Assembly (NCBI GenBank): GCA_963769025.1
Contig: CAVYKI010000006.1
Span: 224,001 to 288,000 of the forward strand
Length of the DNA stretch: 64,000 bases
Direction: 5' to 3'
Source: an uncultured Verrucomicrobiae bacterium
GTDB taxonomy: Bacteria; Verrucomicrobiota; Verrucomicrobiia; Chthoniobacterales; Chthoniobacteraceae
Under the pieces are notes generated by a model. That model did no database searches. It saw nothing but the letters and a program-made list of their open reading frames with translations, and had not been told where the DNA came from. This document shows, piece after piece, positions 53,081-63,099 of the stretch (positions within the stretch are counted from its first letter, which is position 1; each line of letters starts with the position of its first letter). The position numbers were made by a program, and so were the translations under genes.

Positions 53081-54064
53081 ATGAGTGAGCCAATTTCCAT
53101 TCCCACGGCCCAGCCGCCCGGCGCATGGCGGCGACTCGTGCGCAACCGTGTCGCCGTGGTCGCGATGCTCATCCTCGGCGGCATCGTGTTCGTCGCAGTG
53201 TTTGGCCCGTCCATTTTTCCCTACAGTCCGGAGAAAGTGACGCCGCACTCGCTGCATCCGCCATCGTGGCTCCCGCGCGATGCCGGGCAGGCGACGATGG
53301 ACATCGAGCGTGGAGGGGCGGTCGGCAAATGGCAGCATCCCTTCGGCACCGACATGAACGGGCGCGACGTTTTTTCGCGTGTGATCCAAGGTGCCCGCGT
53401 CTCGCTCATCGTCGGGCTTTGCGGCGCGCTGGTCAGTTTCTTCATCGGCACCGCGTACGGTCTCGTCTCCGGCTACGTCGGCGGCCGGACGGATAACGTG
53501 ATGATGCGCTTCATCGAGATGCTCCACAGTGTCCCGCGCCTCATCATCGTCATCGTCGCGATCTTCACCTTCGCGCCGTGGCTCGAAGGCTGGCTGCACC
53601 GCGTGCTCCCGAGCGTCGAGGGCTACGCAAAAATCATCATCCTCATCCTTTGCCTCGGCCTCATCGAATGGCTGGCGATGGCGCGCATCGTCCGCGGGCA
53701 GGTGCTCGCGCTGAAGGAGCAGCAGTTCGTGCTCGCGGCGCGTGCGCTCGGCCAGTCGCACACGCGCATCCTGCTGCGGCATCTGCTTCCGAATCTCATC
53801 GGCGTGATCGTCGTCTATCTCACACTCACGATCCCTGCGGTGATTCTCGACGAGTCATTCCTCAGCTTCCTCGGACTTGGCATTAACGATCCGCAGGCGA
53901 GCTGGGGCAGCCTGCTCAGCGACGGGAAGAATGTGATCAATCCGATCCGCAGCTATTGGTGGCTGCTGCTGTTCCCTGCCGCCGCGATGTCGCTCACGCT
54001 CGTCGCGCTGAATTTCCTCGGTGATGCGCTGCGGGATGCGCTCGATCCGCGGGCGCGAAGGTAG
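53081..54064 (+). CDS. oppC: Oligopeptide/dipeptide ABC permease OppC-like
   Basis: W.R..RNR.A, HPFGTD..GRD...R...G.R.SL, AR.VRGQ.L, ESFLSFLGLG, GDALRDALDP. Confidence 0.9.
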   Translation: MSEPISIPTAQPPGAWRRLVRNRVAVVAMLILGGIVFVAVFGPSIFPYSPEKVTPHSLHPPSWLPRDAGQATMDIERGGAVGKWQHPFGTDMNGRDVFSRVIQGARVSLIVGLCGALVSFFIGTAYGLVSGYVGGRTDNVMMRFIEMLHSVPRLIIVIVAIFTFAPWLEGWLHRVLPSVEGYAKIIILILCLGLIEWLAMARIVRGQVLALKEQQFVLAARALGQSHTRILLRHLLPNLIGVIVVYLTLTIPAVILDESFLSFLGLGINDPQASWGSLLSDGKNVINPIRSYWWLLLFPAAAMSLTLVALNFLGDALRDALDPRARR

Positions 54065-54131
54065 AGCAGCCTGCAGGGCGGAGGGATTGCACTGAGCGGT
54101 GCGGGAATTGCCGCCCCCTGTCGAACAACCG

Positions 54132-55088
54132 CTAGAACTGGATCCCGATCGTCGCCGAGACGCGATAGTCCGGAACGGCTTGGACGCCGCTGTTTTCAGT
54201 GAGCACGGGGAAGCCGACGCTCACGTCAGCATGGTAGCGCTTGCGCCATGTCGCCGAGACCTTCGGCCCGAGATAGACGATCGTCGCCGAGGTATCCGTC
54301 GCGGTCGTGCCGAGAAAAACATCCTGTCCCTTGCTCGCTCCGGTGCACTCCGCCGCGAGGGCGAGCGTGAAGTCCTTTTGATCCACGAGCACGCCGCCCA
54401 GCGAGCCGTGCCAGCTCATCTCGTCGGCATAGCGATATCCGTTTGCGCCCTTCATTCGCGCGACGCCCTCGATTCCCATCGTGGCGAACAGGCGCTTCCA
54501 CTGCATGCGGACTTCTGCGCCAAAGATGCCGCCCACGCTGCCCGTGCCGAGCGCGAGGTCATGGCCGTGGATGCCGCTCGCGACCGTCTCGCCGGCACCT
54601 TCGCCCTCTTCACCGGCTTCTTCGAGCACGCGATCGTTGTCACCGGTCGGCAGGCTGAGCCCAACGAAGAACCGCGCGGTCAGCATGAAGTCCGAGCGTT
54701 CGATATGGATCGGTGCCCAGTGTGCGAGGAACGAGACGTCGCCGGCGCCCGACACGCTGCCTTTGCCGAGCACGCCATCGTGCCAGCGCTGGAACGAGCG
54801 ATAGACCATGGGCACGTTGAGTTGCACGCCGAGCGCGCGGGAGAAGTCGTAGCCGATGATGAACTGGGTGATGCTGCTGTCGAGGTACTCGCCCGCAGGA
54901 TTCGCGATGGTGCGGCCGTCCTGATGGAGCGTGCCGAAATGCGTGAACTGCTCGCTGACCCCTGCATTCCAGCCACGGCGGTCGTCGCTTCCGAGCGACG
55001 GGAGCTCGGAAGCGCAGAAATCGCAGGCGGCGAGGCGGCCCGCGAGAAGCGCCGTGGTGATGGTGACGAGGATTGCTTTGTTCTTCAT
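54132..55088 (-). CDS. Putative outer-membrane beta-barrel (MetA-pathway transporter-like)
   Basis: Signal peptide ending ..AACDFC, SG.GD, GLSLPTG, HGHDLALGTGS, amphipathic strands, terminal Phe (GIQF). Confidence 0.7.
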   Translation of the reverse strand: MKNKAILVTITTALLAGRLAACDFCASELPSLGSDDRRGWNAGVSEQFTHFGTLHQDGRTIANPAGEYLDSSITQFIIGYDFSRALGVQLNVPMVYRSFQRWHDGVLGKGSVSGAGDVSFLAHWAPIHIERSDFMLTARFFVGLSLPTGDNDRVLEEAGEEGEGAGETVASGIHGHDLALGTGSVGGIFGAEVRMQWKRLFATMGIEGVARMKGANGYRYADEMSWHGSLGGVLVDQKDFTLALAAECTGASKGQDVFLGTTATDTSATIVYLGPKVSATWRKRYHADVSVGFPVLTENSGVQAVPDYRVSATIGIQF

Positions 55089-55138
55089 GGAGGGAACGGC
55101 CACGGCACCAGTGGGAGCGGACGGAACGCGCGATCCGC

Positions 55139-56071
55139 TTACTTGGCCGGGGCGGGCTTTGGGGCCGCGGGCTTCCTCGGCTGCTTCGGATCGAGATTCG
55201 CCGCGAGTTCCTCGGCGGTGATTTTCGATGCGACACCGGCAGCCGGCACTTCGGCCTTCGCGGTCCACACGATCGCGTTCAGCACGAGCTTGCGCTGGTT
55301 GTCATCGCCCCAGCCTTTGTGAAAATGACCGCCCGTGAATCCAAAACCGCGCCCGCCATCCGCGCGCTCCACTGCCCAGGCGACGTGTTGCGGCACCTTG
55401 TTCTTCACTTCTTCGCGAACGGTCGGGTTGCCGCTGTGCGCGCCGTCCGGGCGGCTCGTCGTGCTTTCGGGCGCGATGGCGGTGAGAATGGGCGTCACGC
55501 CCTTCATCCCCTCACGGAAGCGCATGTGGAAATACCACTCGTCATTCGTGCTGAACGGCTGGAGGCCGCTGCTGATCGGGTGCTTCGGGAATTCCTTGAA
55601 ATCCGCCGTCCAATGCGGGTTCACGCTCCAGTTAATCTCAAACGCGCCGCCGAGCCATTCGATGAATTCCTTGTTGCCCTTCGGGATCGTGGGCTCGACC
55701 GCGTAGTGCAGGCACACAAAGCCGCAGCCGCGCTTCATTTCCTTGCCGAGCTGTTCGAGCCGGTCGTCCTTCAGCGCCGGATGCCCGCCGCCGCCGTCGG
55801 AATAAATCACCACGGTGTCCGCCTTCGCGAGTTCATCCGCCGAGGGCCATTCGCCATTCAGGTGAAATTTCACGTCCACCCGATCCGACGCGCCCTGTCC
55901 GAGGCACTTCGCGAGGAGCTGGATGCCCGCATTGTGCTCGTGCTCGCCAGGGCCGTGCGACGGCTTGCCGGCGATCATCAGTACATTTTTCTTCGCGCCT
56001 TCGGCGTGTGCGGAAATTGCGGAAGCGCCCATCGCGGCGCAGAGGAGAACGAGGAGAGGGAGTGGTTTCAT
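55139..56071 (-). CDS. ThuA-like domain protein, secreted
   Basis: Signal peptide, AG.PSHGPGEHEHNAG, YSDGGG.HP, LHYAV, DEWY, GRGFGFTGGH.H..W. Confidence 0.85.
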   Translation of the reverse strand: MKPLPLLVLLCAAMGASAISAHAEGAKKNVLMIAGKPSHGPGEHEHNAGIQLLAKCLGQGASDRVDVKFHLNGEWPSADELAKADTVVIYSDGGGGHPALKDDRLEQLGKEMKRGCGFVCLHYAVEPTIPKGNKEFIEWLGGAFEINWSVNPHWTADFKEFPKHPISSGLQPFSTNDEWYFHMRFREGMKGVTPILTAIAPESTTSRPDGAHSGNPTVREEVKNKVPQHVAWAVERADGGRGFGFTGGHFHKGWGDDNQRKLVLNAIVWTAKAEVPAAGVASKITAEELAANLDPKQPRKPAAPKPAPAK

Positions 56072-56273
56072 GGTGAGGGCTTGAAATAGGCGGAGATTCA
56101 AGCCGCGCGCGAGCAAGTTCTTGGAGTCCTTTCACGAAAGGCCCCGAGCTTTTGCCCGGCGGCTGACGCATCTGGGGGCAGGCAGTGTCACACCCGCAGT
56201 GCCGCGAATCCGGGGCGACCGCCGGGTCTCCGCCCCGCTGGGGGCATGCGGGAACTGGCGTGGCGTGGGAGAC

Positions 56274-56720
56274 TCAGCGCCGGCGCGGGAGCTTCGCGAC
56301 GGTGGTCCAGAAGTAGTCGATGGCTTGGACGACCTGGACCATTTCATCGAGGTCCGCAGGTTTGGTGACGAAGCAGTTCGCGCCGAGTTCGTAGGCGCGG
56401 GCGATATCGTCCTCGGACTCGGAACTGGTGAGGATGATGACCGGCAGGGACTTCAGCTCCCGGTCGCGGCGGATTTCGGCGAGGACCTCGCAGCCATTCT
56501 TTCTGGGCATGTTGATGTCCAGGAGGATGAGGTCGGGCATCTTTGCGTCGGCGTACTTGCCCGTGCGCCGGAGATAATCGAGCGCCTCCATGCCATCGTT
56601 CACGTTCGAGACGCGGTTGGTGAAATTTGCGCCCTTGAGGGCCTCTTTCGCGAGTACGACATCGCCGATGTTGTCGTCCACCAGCAGAATCTCGACAGTC
56701 CTTGTTTCCATTAATGTCAT
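56274..56720 (-). CDS. Single-domain response regulator (Rcp1-like)
   Basis: ILLVDDN.GD, DG.EAL.YL, PDLILLDINMP.K.G.EVL, LTSS....DI..AY..GAN..VTKP, YFW. Confidence 0.92.
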   Translation of the reverse strand: MTLMETRTVEILLVDDNIGDVVLAKEALKGANFTNRVSNVNDGMEALDYLRRTGKYADAKMPDLILLDINMPRKNGCEVLAEIRRDRELKSLPVIILTSSESEDDIARAYELGANCFVTKPADLDEMVQVVQAIDYFWTTVAKLPRRR

Positions 56721-56730
56721 GATGTCTCGG

Positions 56731-57837
56731 TTACCCGAAAACCGGTCCCTTATTATCGGGAATAGTAAAAAAGAATGTGGATCCGCGGCCCGGCTCAGAT
56801 TCTACCCAGATGCGGCCGCCGTGCCGCTCGATAATTTTTTTGCAAACCGCGAGGCCCATGCCCGTTCCCGGCAGGTCGTTTCCAGTCCGAAGGCGCTGGA
56901 AAATGCCGAAAATGCGATCGAAAAACTCGGAATCGATGCCGATCCCGTTATCGGTGACGGAAAACTGCCACTCGGCTTCACCCCGGGTGGCCGCCACGTG
57001 GATGCGGACGGGCTCGCTTCGCCGGAACTTGAGCGCGTTGGCGAGCATGTTTTGCAAAACTTGGGCAATCTGGACGCTGTCGGCCATCACGGTCGGCAGG
57101 GCGTCGCAGGTGACGGTGGCTTCGGCTTCGGCGACGGCGATCTGGAGGTCGGTCATTACGCCGCGGAAGACCTTTGCACAGTCGGTGCGCTCGGGGGAGC
57201 GGCCCCGGGTCTGCACACGTGACAGCGAAAGCAGGTCTTGGATGAGCAACTGCATCCGCTTGGCGCCATCCACGGCGAAACCGATGAACTTCTTCCCCTC
57301 GTCGTCCAAGGCGTCCGTGTAGCGCTTTTCGATGAGCTGGAGGAAGCTCGCGACCATCCGGAGCGGCTCCTGCAGGTCATGCGAGGCGATGTGTGCGAAC
57401 TGGGCGAGTTCCTCATTGGAGCGCGCCAGTTCGGTGGCGGTCGCCCTCAACGCATCCTCGGCCTGCTTTTGTTCGGTGATATCGCGCGCCGCCGCGTAGA
57501 TGCGGTTGGTCTGAAAGTCCGCATGAGCGCGCCAGAGCAGCCATTTGTACGACGTGTTGCTGCACCGGTAGCGGTTCTCAAACGAGATCGTCTCGTTCCC
57601 GGCGCGGAGCCGCGCGCCTTCCTCGAGGGTGCGGGCTCGGTCGTCCGGGTGGACGAATTCGATGTACGGGGCGGCGAGCAATTCCGCTGTCGTATGGCCG
57701 AGGGTCGCCTGCCAGGCCGGGTTGATCCGTTTGAAATGTCCGTCGAACCCCGCGATGCAGAGCATGATCGGCGAAAGTTCGAAAAACCGGCGGAGTTCGT
57801 CTTCAGCCTCGGCGGCCGGGCGCGGGAGGTCTTGCAT
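56731..57837 (-). CDS. Cytoplasmic PAS histidine kinase (Cph1-type kinase core)
   Basis: PAS (FVHPDDR), ELARSNEEL.QFA..ASHDLQEPLRMV, DNGIGI, IF..FQRL, GTGMGLA.CKKI.ERHGG.IW. Confidence 0.92.
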   Translation of the reverse strand: MQDLPRPAAEAEDELRRFFELSPIMLCIAGFDGHFKRINPAWQATLGHTTAELLAAPYIEFVHPDDRARTLEEGARLRAGNETISFENRYRCSNTSYKWLLWRAHADFQTNRIYAAARDITEQKQAEDALRATATELARSNEELAQFAHIASHDLQEPLRMVASFLQLIEKRYTDALDDEGKKFIGFAVDGAKRMQLLIQDLLSLSRVQTRGRSPERTDCAKVFRGVMTDLQIAVAEAEATVTCDALPTVMADSVQIAQVLQNMLANALKFRRSEPVRIHVAATRGEAEWQFSVTDNGIGIDSEFFDRIFGIFQRLRTGNDLPGTGMGLAVCKKIIERHGGRIWVESEPGRGSTFFFTIPDNKGPVFG

Positions 57838-57850
57838 TGCCGGTCGCGGC

Positions 57851-58219
57851 CTATCCGGGGCCCAGGTGTTTCACGATGCAATCGGCGACCTGGTCGCGGC
57901 TTACCGGCTTTGCAAGAAACTCGCAGCCGCCGATCTTGTCCCCGCCCTTCGTGTCACTGGTCGTGACGATGGCGGTGAGAAAGACGATCGGCACATGCTT
58001 GAGCGAGGGGTCCTCCTTCATCTGCGCGGCGATGGTGCCGCCGTCGGCCTCCGGCATGATCACATCGAGAAAAATCATGTCCGGCTTGAATTCCTTCGCG
58101 GTCTGCACGGCCTTGAGAGGATTGTTTTCCTCGCGGATGTCGTAGGCGGGGAGCGTGAGGCGGAGGAGGCGGGTGAAGCCGGATTCGTCGTCAACGAGAA
58201 GTATCTTTTTTTTGCTCAT
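57851..58219 (-). CDS. Single-domain response regulator
   Basis: ILLVDDE, PD.IFLDVIMP..DG, FLTA, LAKP. Confidence 0.9.
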   Translation of the reverse strand: MSKKKILLVDDESGFTRLLRLTLPAYDIREENNPLKAVQTAKEFKPDMIFLDVIMPEADGGTIAAQMKEDPSLKHVPIVFLTAIVTTSDTKGGDKIGGCEFLAKPVSRDQVADCIVKHLGPG

Positions 58220-60192
58220 GGTCGTTCATTGGGGCGGCCGTCGCCCGGTGTGCTGGCTTTGAGTGTCAATGTTACGGTTACACCACCATCGGGATTGTTT
58301 GCGATGCTTATTTTTCCACGGTGGAGGTCGATGATCTTGAGCGTGACCGAGAGGCCGAGGCCCGTGCCTTTGCCCGTGCTTTTGGTCGTATAGAACGGCT
58401 CGAAAATCTTCCCGAGCTTGTCGGGCGAAACGCCCGTCCCCGTATCCCGGATTTCCACCAAGAGTGCGGTCTCGCCACTGTGGAAGCGTATGCCGCTGCG
58501 GTCGCCTGTATTGTGCTCGGGAGTGTCCGCGGAGGTGATGGTCGTCTGCCGGGTGGTGACCGAGAGCGTGCCGCCCTTTGGCATCGCGTGGCAGGCATTG
58601 GTGAAGAGGTTCACGAGGACCTGCTCGATCTTCGTCGGGTCCACGAGCGCGTCCGGCAGGCCGGCAGCGAGGTTCGTGACGATCTTGATGCCGGCCTTCG
58701 TGAGATCGTGGCGGACGAAACGCAGCGACTGGTCGATGAGCGAATTGATCGAGCGGGCCTGCATTCCGAGTTCGCGAGGGGAGGAAAAGTCCAGGAGGTC
58801 CTGCACGACATCGTCTGCGCGCCGGACCGCGCCCTGCATGTCGGTGAGGACGGAACGGGTTTCCGGGTTTTGCGCGAGCGGCAAATCGTTCAGGTATTGC
58901 AGGCCGACGAGCATGACTTGCAGGGGATTCTTCACCTCGTGCGCGACGCCGGCCGCGAGCTGGCCGATGGAGTGCAGTTTTTCGAGATGCATGAGCTGGG
59001 TCTGCGCGGATTTCAGATCCTCGGCCGATTGCTTCTTCTCGGTGATGTCCGACATGAGCCCGTCGTAGGAGACGATGCGGCCTTTGTCGTCGTGACGCGG
59101 CACGTGCCTGTTGCGCACCCATCGGACTTCGCCGCTTTTGCGCACGATGCGATGCTCGATTTCAAATGCGGTGCCGGCCTGTGCCTCCCGCGTGACGCTG
59201 TTCAGCACCGCGGTGCGATCCTCGGTAAAGATGATCCGATGCCAGAGCCACGGGTCCGCCTGGAATTCTTCCGGCGAATAGCCCGTCACCGCGCGACACC
59301 CCGGGCCGTGCTGCGTCGAGACCGCCTGGCCGTTTTCGAAAACCACCGTGTAGGCATACTCCGAATAGGAATGAAGCAGCCGCATGTAGCGCTCCTCGCT
59401 GCTGCGGAGCGCGATTTCGGCCGTCTTGATTTCGGTGATGTCGCGCGACACGCCGAAGGTGCCGACTATGGCGCCGGAGTCGTCCCTCAGTGGCATCTTC
59501 GTCGTCAGTGCCCACGTCGTCCGGCCATCGGGGAAAGTCTCCTTTTCCATTTTTCCGATGATCGGGTCTCCGGTCCGCAATACTTCGTCCTCGTCAGCCT
59601 TCGCCTCGGTCGCATGTTCCGGCGAAAAGAAATCCGCGTCCGTCTTTCCGAGCACCTTCGCGGGATCGTCGAAGCCGTACAGATGCGCCAGCGCGGGGTT
59701 TACCTGGATGAATTGGCCCTCGCGGTTTTTGAAATAAATCCGGTCGGGAAGGTTATCGAGCAGCGCCTGGAGCCGTCGCCGCTGGTCGGAAAGTTCGCGC
59801 GCCGTCCGTGTGCGCTCGATGGCATAGCGGATCGTCCGGATGAGCATCGGCCCGTCCACCTGCCCTTTCACGATGTAGTCCTCCGCGCCGAGCTGCATCG
59901 CCTTCACGGCGAGGTCCTCGTCATCGATCCCGGTCTGCACGATGATCGGGACGCGTTCGATGTGTTGCCGGAGGCGGACCACCGCCTCGATGCCTCGCGC
60001 ATCGGGGAGCGTCAGATCCAGGAGCACCACATCGATGCCGCCCGCATCCAGGCGCTTCGCCGCTTCGGCGATCCGCGATGCGGTTTCCATGGAAATCCGG
60101 TGTCCCCTTTGCTCGGAAAGCATCACTTGGAGCAACGCAATATCCCCGGGATTGTCCTCAACGAGGAGGACTTTGGTGATTTCGCTGCTCAT
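58216..60192 (-). CDS. REC-PAS-PAS histidine kinase (NtrB-like core)
   Basis: VLLVEDN, LLDLTLPD, two PAS domains, GQLAAGVAHEVKNPL, NLFTNA..AM, FEPFYTTK..GKGTGLGL. Confidence 0.92.
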   Translation of the reverse strand: MSSEITKVLLVEDNPGDIALLQVMLSEQRGHRISMETASRIAEAAKRLDAGGIDVVLLDLTLPDARGIEAVVRLRQHIERVPIIVQTGIDDEDLAVKAMQLGAEDYIVKGQVDGPMLIRTIRYAIERTRTARELSDQRRRLQALLDNLPDRIYFKNREGQFIQVNPALAHLYGFDDPAKVLGKTDADFFSPEHATEAKADEDEVLRTGDPIIGKMEKETFPDGRTTWALTTKMPLRDDSGAIVGTFGVSRDITEIKTAEIALRSSEERYMRLLHSYSEYAYTVVFENGQAVSTQHGPGCRAVTGYSPEEFQADPWLWHRIIFTEDRTAVLNSVTREAQAGTAFEIEHRIVRKSGEVRWVRNRHVPRHDDKGRIVSYDGLMSDITEKKQSAEDLKSAQTQLMHLEKLHSIGQLAAGVAHEVKNPLQVMLVGLQYLNDLPLAQNPETRSVLTDMQGAVRRADDVVQDLLDFSSPRELGMQARSINSLIDQSLRFVRHDLTKAGIKIVTNLAAGLPDALVDPTKIEQVLVNLFTNACHAMPKGGTLSVTTRQTTITSADTPEHNTGDRSGIRFHSGETALLVEIRDTGTGVSPDKLGKIFEPFYTTKSTGKGTGLGLSVTLKIIDLHRGKISIANNPDGGVTVTLTLKASTPGDGRPNERP

Positions 60193-60413
60193 GCGAGCGA
60201 GGGGCTCTCAGTTGCCGGGAGGGACGTGGACTCGTGCACAGGTTCGTTGCTCGGGGAGAACATGCTCAACCCTTCGTTCGCCTCGTCGCAGTCTCCATGT
60301 TGCTTCAGATTCCGGCCAAGCTGAAATTCCGGACGCGTCCGGTCCGGGGCCGCCGGTGAACTTTGGTGCATGCCGTGTATGCCTCGCGGTCCTCGATACA
60401 CGGCGCGGGGGGC

Positions 60414-60710
60414 TCAAAAAACTTCGGCGTCGTCCGGCAGGCCGGAGTCGTGGCGGATGCTGTCGAGGCGCTTCCGTGCGCCACGTTCAGTCGAGGGGCC
60501 GCTGATGACTCGGCTGACCGCATCCACAATCGCCGGAAGTGCGAGCAGCGCACCGACGCCCAGCAGGGAAAAGGCGGTGGCCTTTTGCGCGCCGCGGCTC
60601 ATTTTACCGCCGAGCAGGAGCCCGAGGCCGCAGCCCACAGCGGTCTGCGTGACAGCGAGGAGGGAGGTGTGGAGGACGTCGGTTTGCTTGGCGGGTTCCA
60701 TGTGGGTCAT
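60414..60710 (-). CDS. Small membrane hypothetical protein
   Basis: Two Gly/Ala-rich hydrophobic segments and a charged tail (L.SIR.D.G). Confidence 0.7.
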   Translation of the reverse strand: MTHMEPAKQTDVLHTSLLAVTQTAVGCGLGLLLGGKMSRGAQKATAFSLLGVGALLALPAIVDAVSRVISGPSTERGARKRLDSIRHDSGLPDDAEVF

Positions 60711-60822
60711 TCGGAAGATGCGGGTTTATACCGTCCTGTAAAGCACCGACTATTCCACGCGTGCGCGACTGTGAGGAAATCCCCTAGTGCAACGGTGCGT
60801 CTTCCGTTAAGAACCTGCCCCA

Positions 60823-61899
60823 ATGTCGTCATCTTCCCCCTACGTCCTGATCCTCGCCGGAGGCAGCGGCGAGCGTTTTTGGCCCCTGAGCCGCAAGGCC
60901 CGCCCGAAGCAACTCCTCTCGCTTTTTGGCGGCGACACTCTGCTGGAGGCCACGTTGCGCCGGCTCGACGGGCTCGTGCCCGCGAAGAACATCCTCATCC
61001 TCACCAATGCCGAACAGGAGGCAGGCGTGCGCGCTCTCGCGAAGGCCCTGCCTGCGGAAAATATCGTCGCCGAGCCGGCCAAGCGCGACACCGCGGCGGC
61101 GATCGCTCTCGGCGTCGGCTGGGTCGCGGCGCGCGACACGGAGGCGACGATGATCGTGCTCCCGGCGGATCACTTGATCAAAGACGCCGCGGGATTTCAA
61201 AAGACGCTCACCACCGCCGTCGCTGCGGCGCGGCAGAGCGGGGAACTCGTCACCATCGGCATCAAGCCCACGTGGGCGTGCCCCGGTTTCGGCTACGTCG
61301 AATGCGGCGGCGTGGTGACGCTCCGCGACGTGTCCGGCGGCCCGGCCGTGCATGAGGTCCGGTCATTCCGCGAAAAGCCCGATGTCGACCTCGCCGAGCA
61401 ATTCGTGCGGCAGGGGAACTTCCGCTGGAACGCCGGGATGTTCATCTGGACGATCCCCGCGATTCTCAGCGCGCTGCGCCGGCATGCGCCGGAACTCGGC
61501 AGCTTCGTCTCCCGCATTCACTCGGGCGAAAATTTTGCCGACTTGCTGCGCGACGAGTTCCCTAAGCTGCCGAAGATCTCGATCGATTACGCCGTGATGG
61601 AAAAGGCGGGGCGTGTGCTCATGGTCGAGAGCGCATTCGACTGGGACGACGTGGGCGGCTGGACCGCAGTCGCGAAGTATCTCGCGGATCAGGGCGACGG
61701 GAATGTCGGCAACAGCGGCGTGAGCGCGCTCGAAGCTTCGGACAACATCGTCTTTTCCACGCAGAAGCGCCACGTCGCGCTCCTCGGGGTCAGCGATCTC
61801 ATCGTCGTGGACACACCTGACGCGCTGCTCGTCTGCAGCCGGCATGAAGCGGAACGCATCAAGCAAATCGTCGGCAAGGTCCCGGAGGCACTGCAATGA
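60823..61899 (+). CDS. manC: Mannose-1-phosphate guanylyltransferase
   Basis: LAGGSGERFWPLSR..RPKQ, EP..RDTA, PADH, FREKP, WNAGMF, SIDYAVMEK, WDDVG.W. Confidence 0.93.
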   Translation: MSSSSPYVLILAGGSGERFWPLSRKARPKQLLSLFGGDTLLEATLRRLDGLVPAKNILILTNAEQEAGVRALAKALPAENIVAEPAKRDTAAAIALGVGWVAARDTEATMIVLPADHLIKDAAGFQKTLTTAVAAARQSGELVTIGIKPTWACPGFGYVECGGVVTLRDVSGGPAVHEVRSFREKPDVDLAEQFVRQGNFRWNAGMFIWTIPAILSALRRHAPELGSFVSRIHSGENFADLLRDEFPKLPKISIDYAVMEKAGRVLMVESAFDWDDVGGWTAVAKYLADQGDGNVGNSGVSALEASDNIVFSTQKRHVALLGVSDLIVVDTPDALLVCSRHEAERIKQIVGKVPEALQ

Positions 61900-62318
61900 A
61901 GCGCGCGCTCGGCATCGACCTCGGCGAGGCACGCATCGGCGTCGCCGTCTCGGATGAACTCGGGATGCTCGCGCATCCGGTGGAGACAATCGTCGTGAAG
62001 GACACCGCGGATCCGCTCGGCCGCGTGGTCCAGATCGCGAAGGAAAAGGACGTGAGCCACATCATCATCGGCCTGCCGAAAAACATGGACGGCACCACCG
62101 GCACGGGCGCGGAAAAGTCGCGCGCATTTGCCGACAAACTGCGCGAACAGGTGGGCTGCACCGTGCGGCTGTGGGACGAACGCCTCACGACCGTCGCCGC
62201 GCAGCGCTACCTGCACGACGCAGGCCGCAACGTGAAGCAGAGCCGTGCCGTGATCGACCAGGTCGCCGCGCAGATCATCCTCCAGGGCTGGCTGGATTCG
62301 CAGGCGATGCTGGGATGA
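61896..62318 (+). CDS. ruvX: YqgF/RuvX RNase H-like nuclease
   Basis: LGIDLG..RIGVAVSD, IGLP.NMDG, WDERLTT, ID..AA..ILQ.WLD. Confidence 0.95.
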   Translation: MKRALGIDLGEARIGVAVSDELGMLAHPVETIVVKDTADPLGRVVQIAKEKDVSHIIIGLPKNMDGTTGTGAEKSRAFADKLREQVGCTVRLWDERLTTVAAQRYLHDAGRNVKQSRAVIDQVAAQIILQGWLDSQAMLG

Positions 62319-62328
62319 ACGTCGGGCG

Positions 62329-63090
62329 TTGATGACCACGCAGCGCATCAAGCTCACCGTCGCATACGACGGCCGCGGATTCGACGGCTGGCAGAGCCAG
62401 GTCACCGCGAATGGCGTGCAGGATCACATCGAGGCTGCGTTCTTCGCGGTCGGCGGCATCCGCCTGCGCATCCACGGCTCCGGGCGCACGGATGCAGGCG
62501 TCCATGCCACTGCCCAGGTCGCGCACGCCGACGTGCCCCGCGGCGGACTCACGCCGGCGACATGGCAGTCGGCGCTGAATGCCAACCTCCCGGCTGGCAT
62601 CCGCATCGTCCGCGCATCGTGTGTCCGCGGCGGGGAGGGGGGCTTTCACGCGCGCTTTTCGGCAAAGGCGAAGCGCTACATTTACCGAGTGTGGAATGCG
62701 CCCTACATGCACCCGCTCGAAATCGGCCGCGCGTGGTACGTCCCACGCCAACTCGACCTCGCGCTGCTTCGCGAAGCCGCTGCGCTGCTCGTGGGACGCC
62801 ACGATTTTGCGCGGTTCACCGCAAAACGGCGCGGCCAGCAACAAACCCAAACCGTGCGGACCATCCACCGCATCGGCGTGCAGACACGCGGCCCGCTCAT
62901 AACGCTGATTTTTGAGGGCGACGGTTTCCTCTACAAAATGGTCCGCCTGCTCACGGGCACGATCATCCGTGTCGCCGAGCGGCGTGCGCCCGTTTCATTC
63001 ATTGCCGATCTGCTGTCGCCGGCCGTGCATGCGCGGACGCACTTCATGGGCGTGGCCGAGGGGCTGTATCTCTCGCGGGTCTTCTACTGA
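62329..63090 (+). CDS. truA: tRNA pseudouridine(38-40) synthase TruA
   Basis: AYDG..F.GWQ.Q, GRTDAGVHA..Q, FHARF, G.HDF..F, GDGFLYKMVR, GLYL..V.Y. Confidence 0.95.
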   Translation: MMTTQRIKLTVAYDGRGFDGWQSQVTANGVQDHIEAAFFAVGGIRLRIHGSGRTDAGVHATAQVAHADVPRGGLTPATWQSALNANLPAGIRIVRASCVRGGEGGFHARFSAKAKRYIYRVWNAPYMHPLEIGRAWYVPRQLDLALLREAAALLVGRHDFARFTAKRRGQQQTQTVRTIHRIGVQTRGPLITLIFEGDGFLYKMVRLLTGTIIRVAERRAPVSFIADLLSPAVHARTHFMGVAEGLYLSRVFY

Positions 63091-63099
63091 CGCCGCGCG

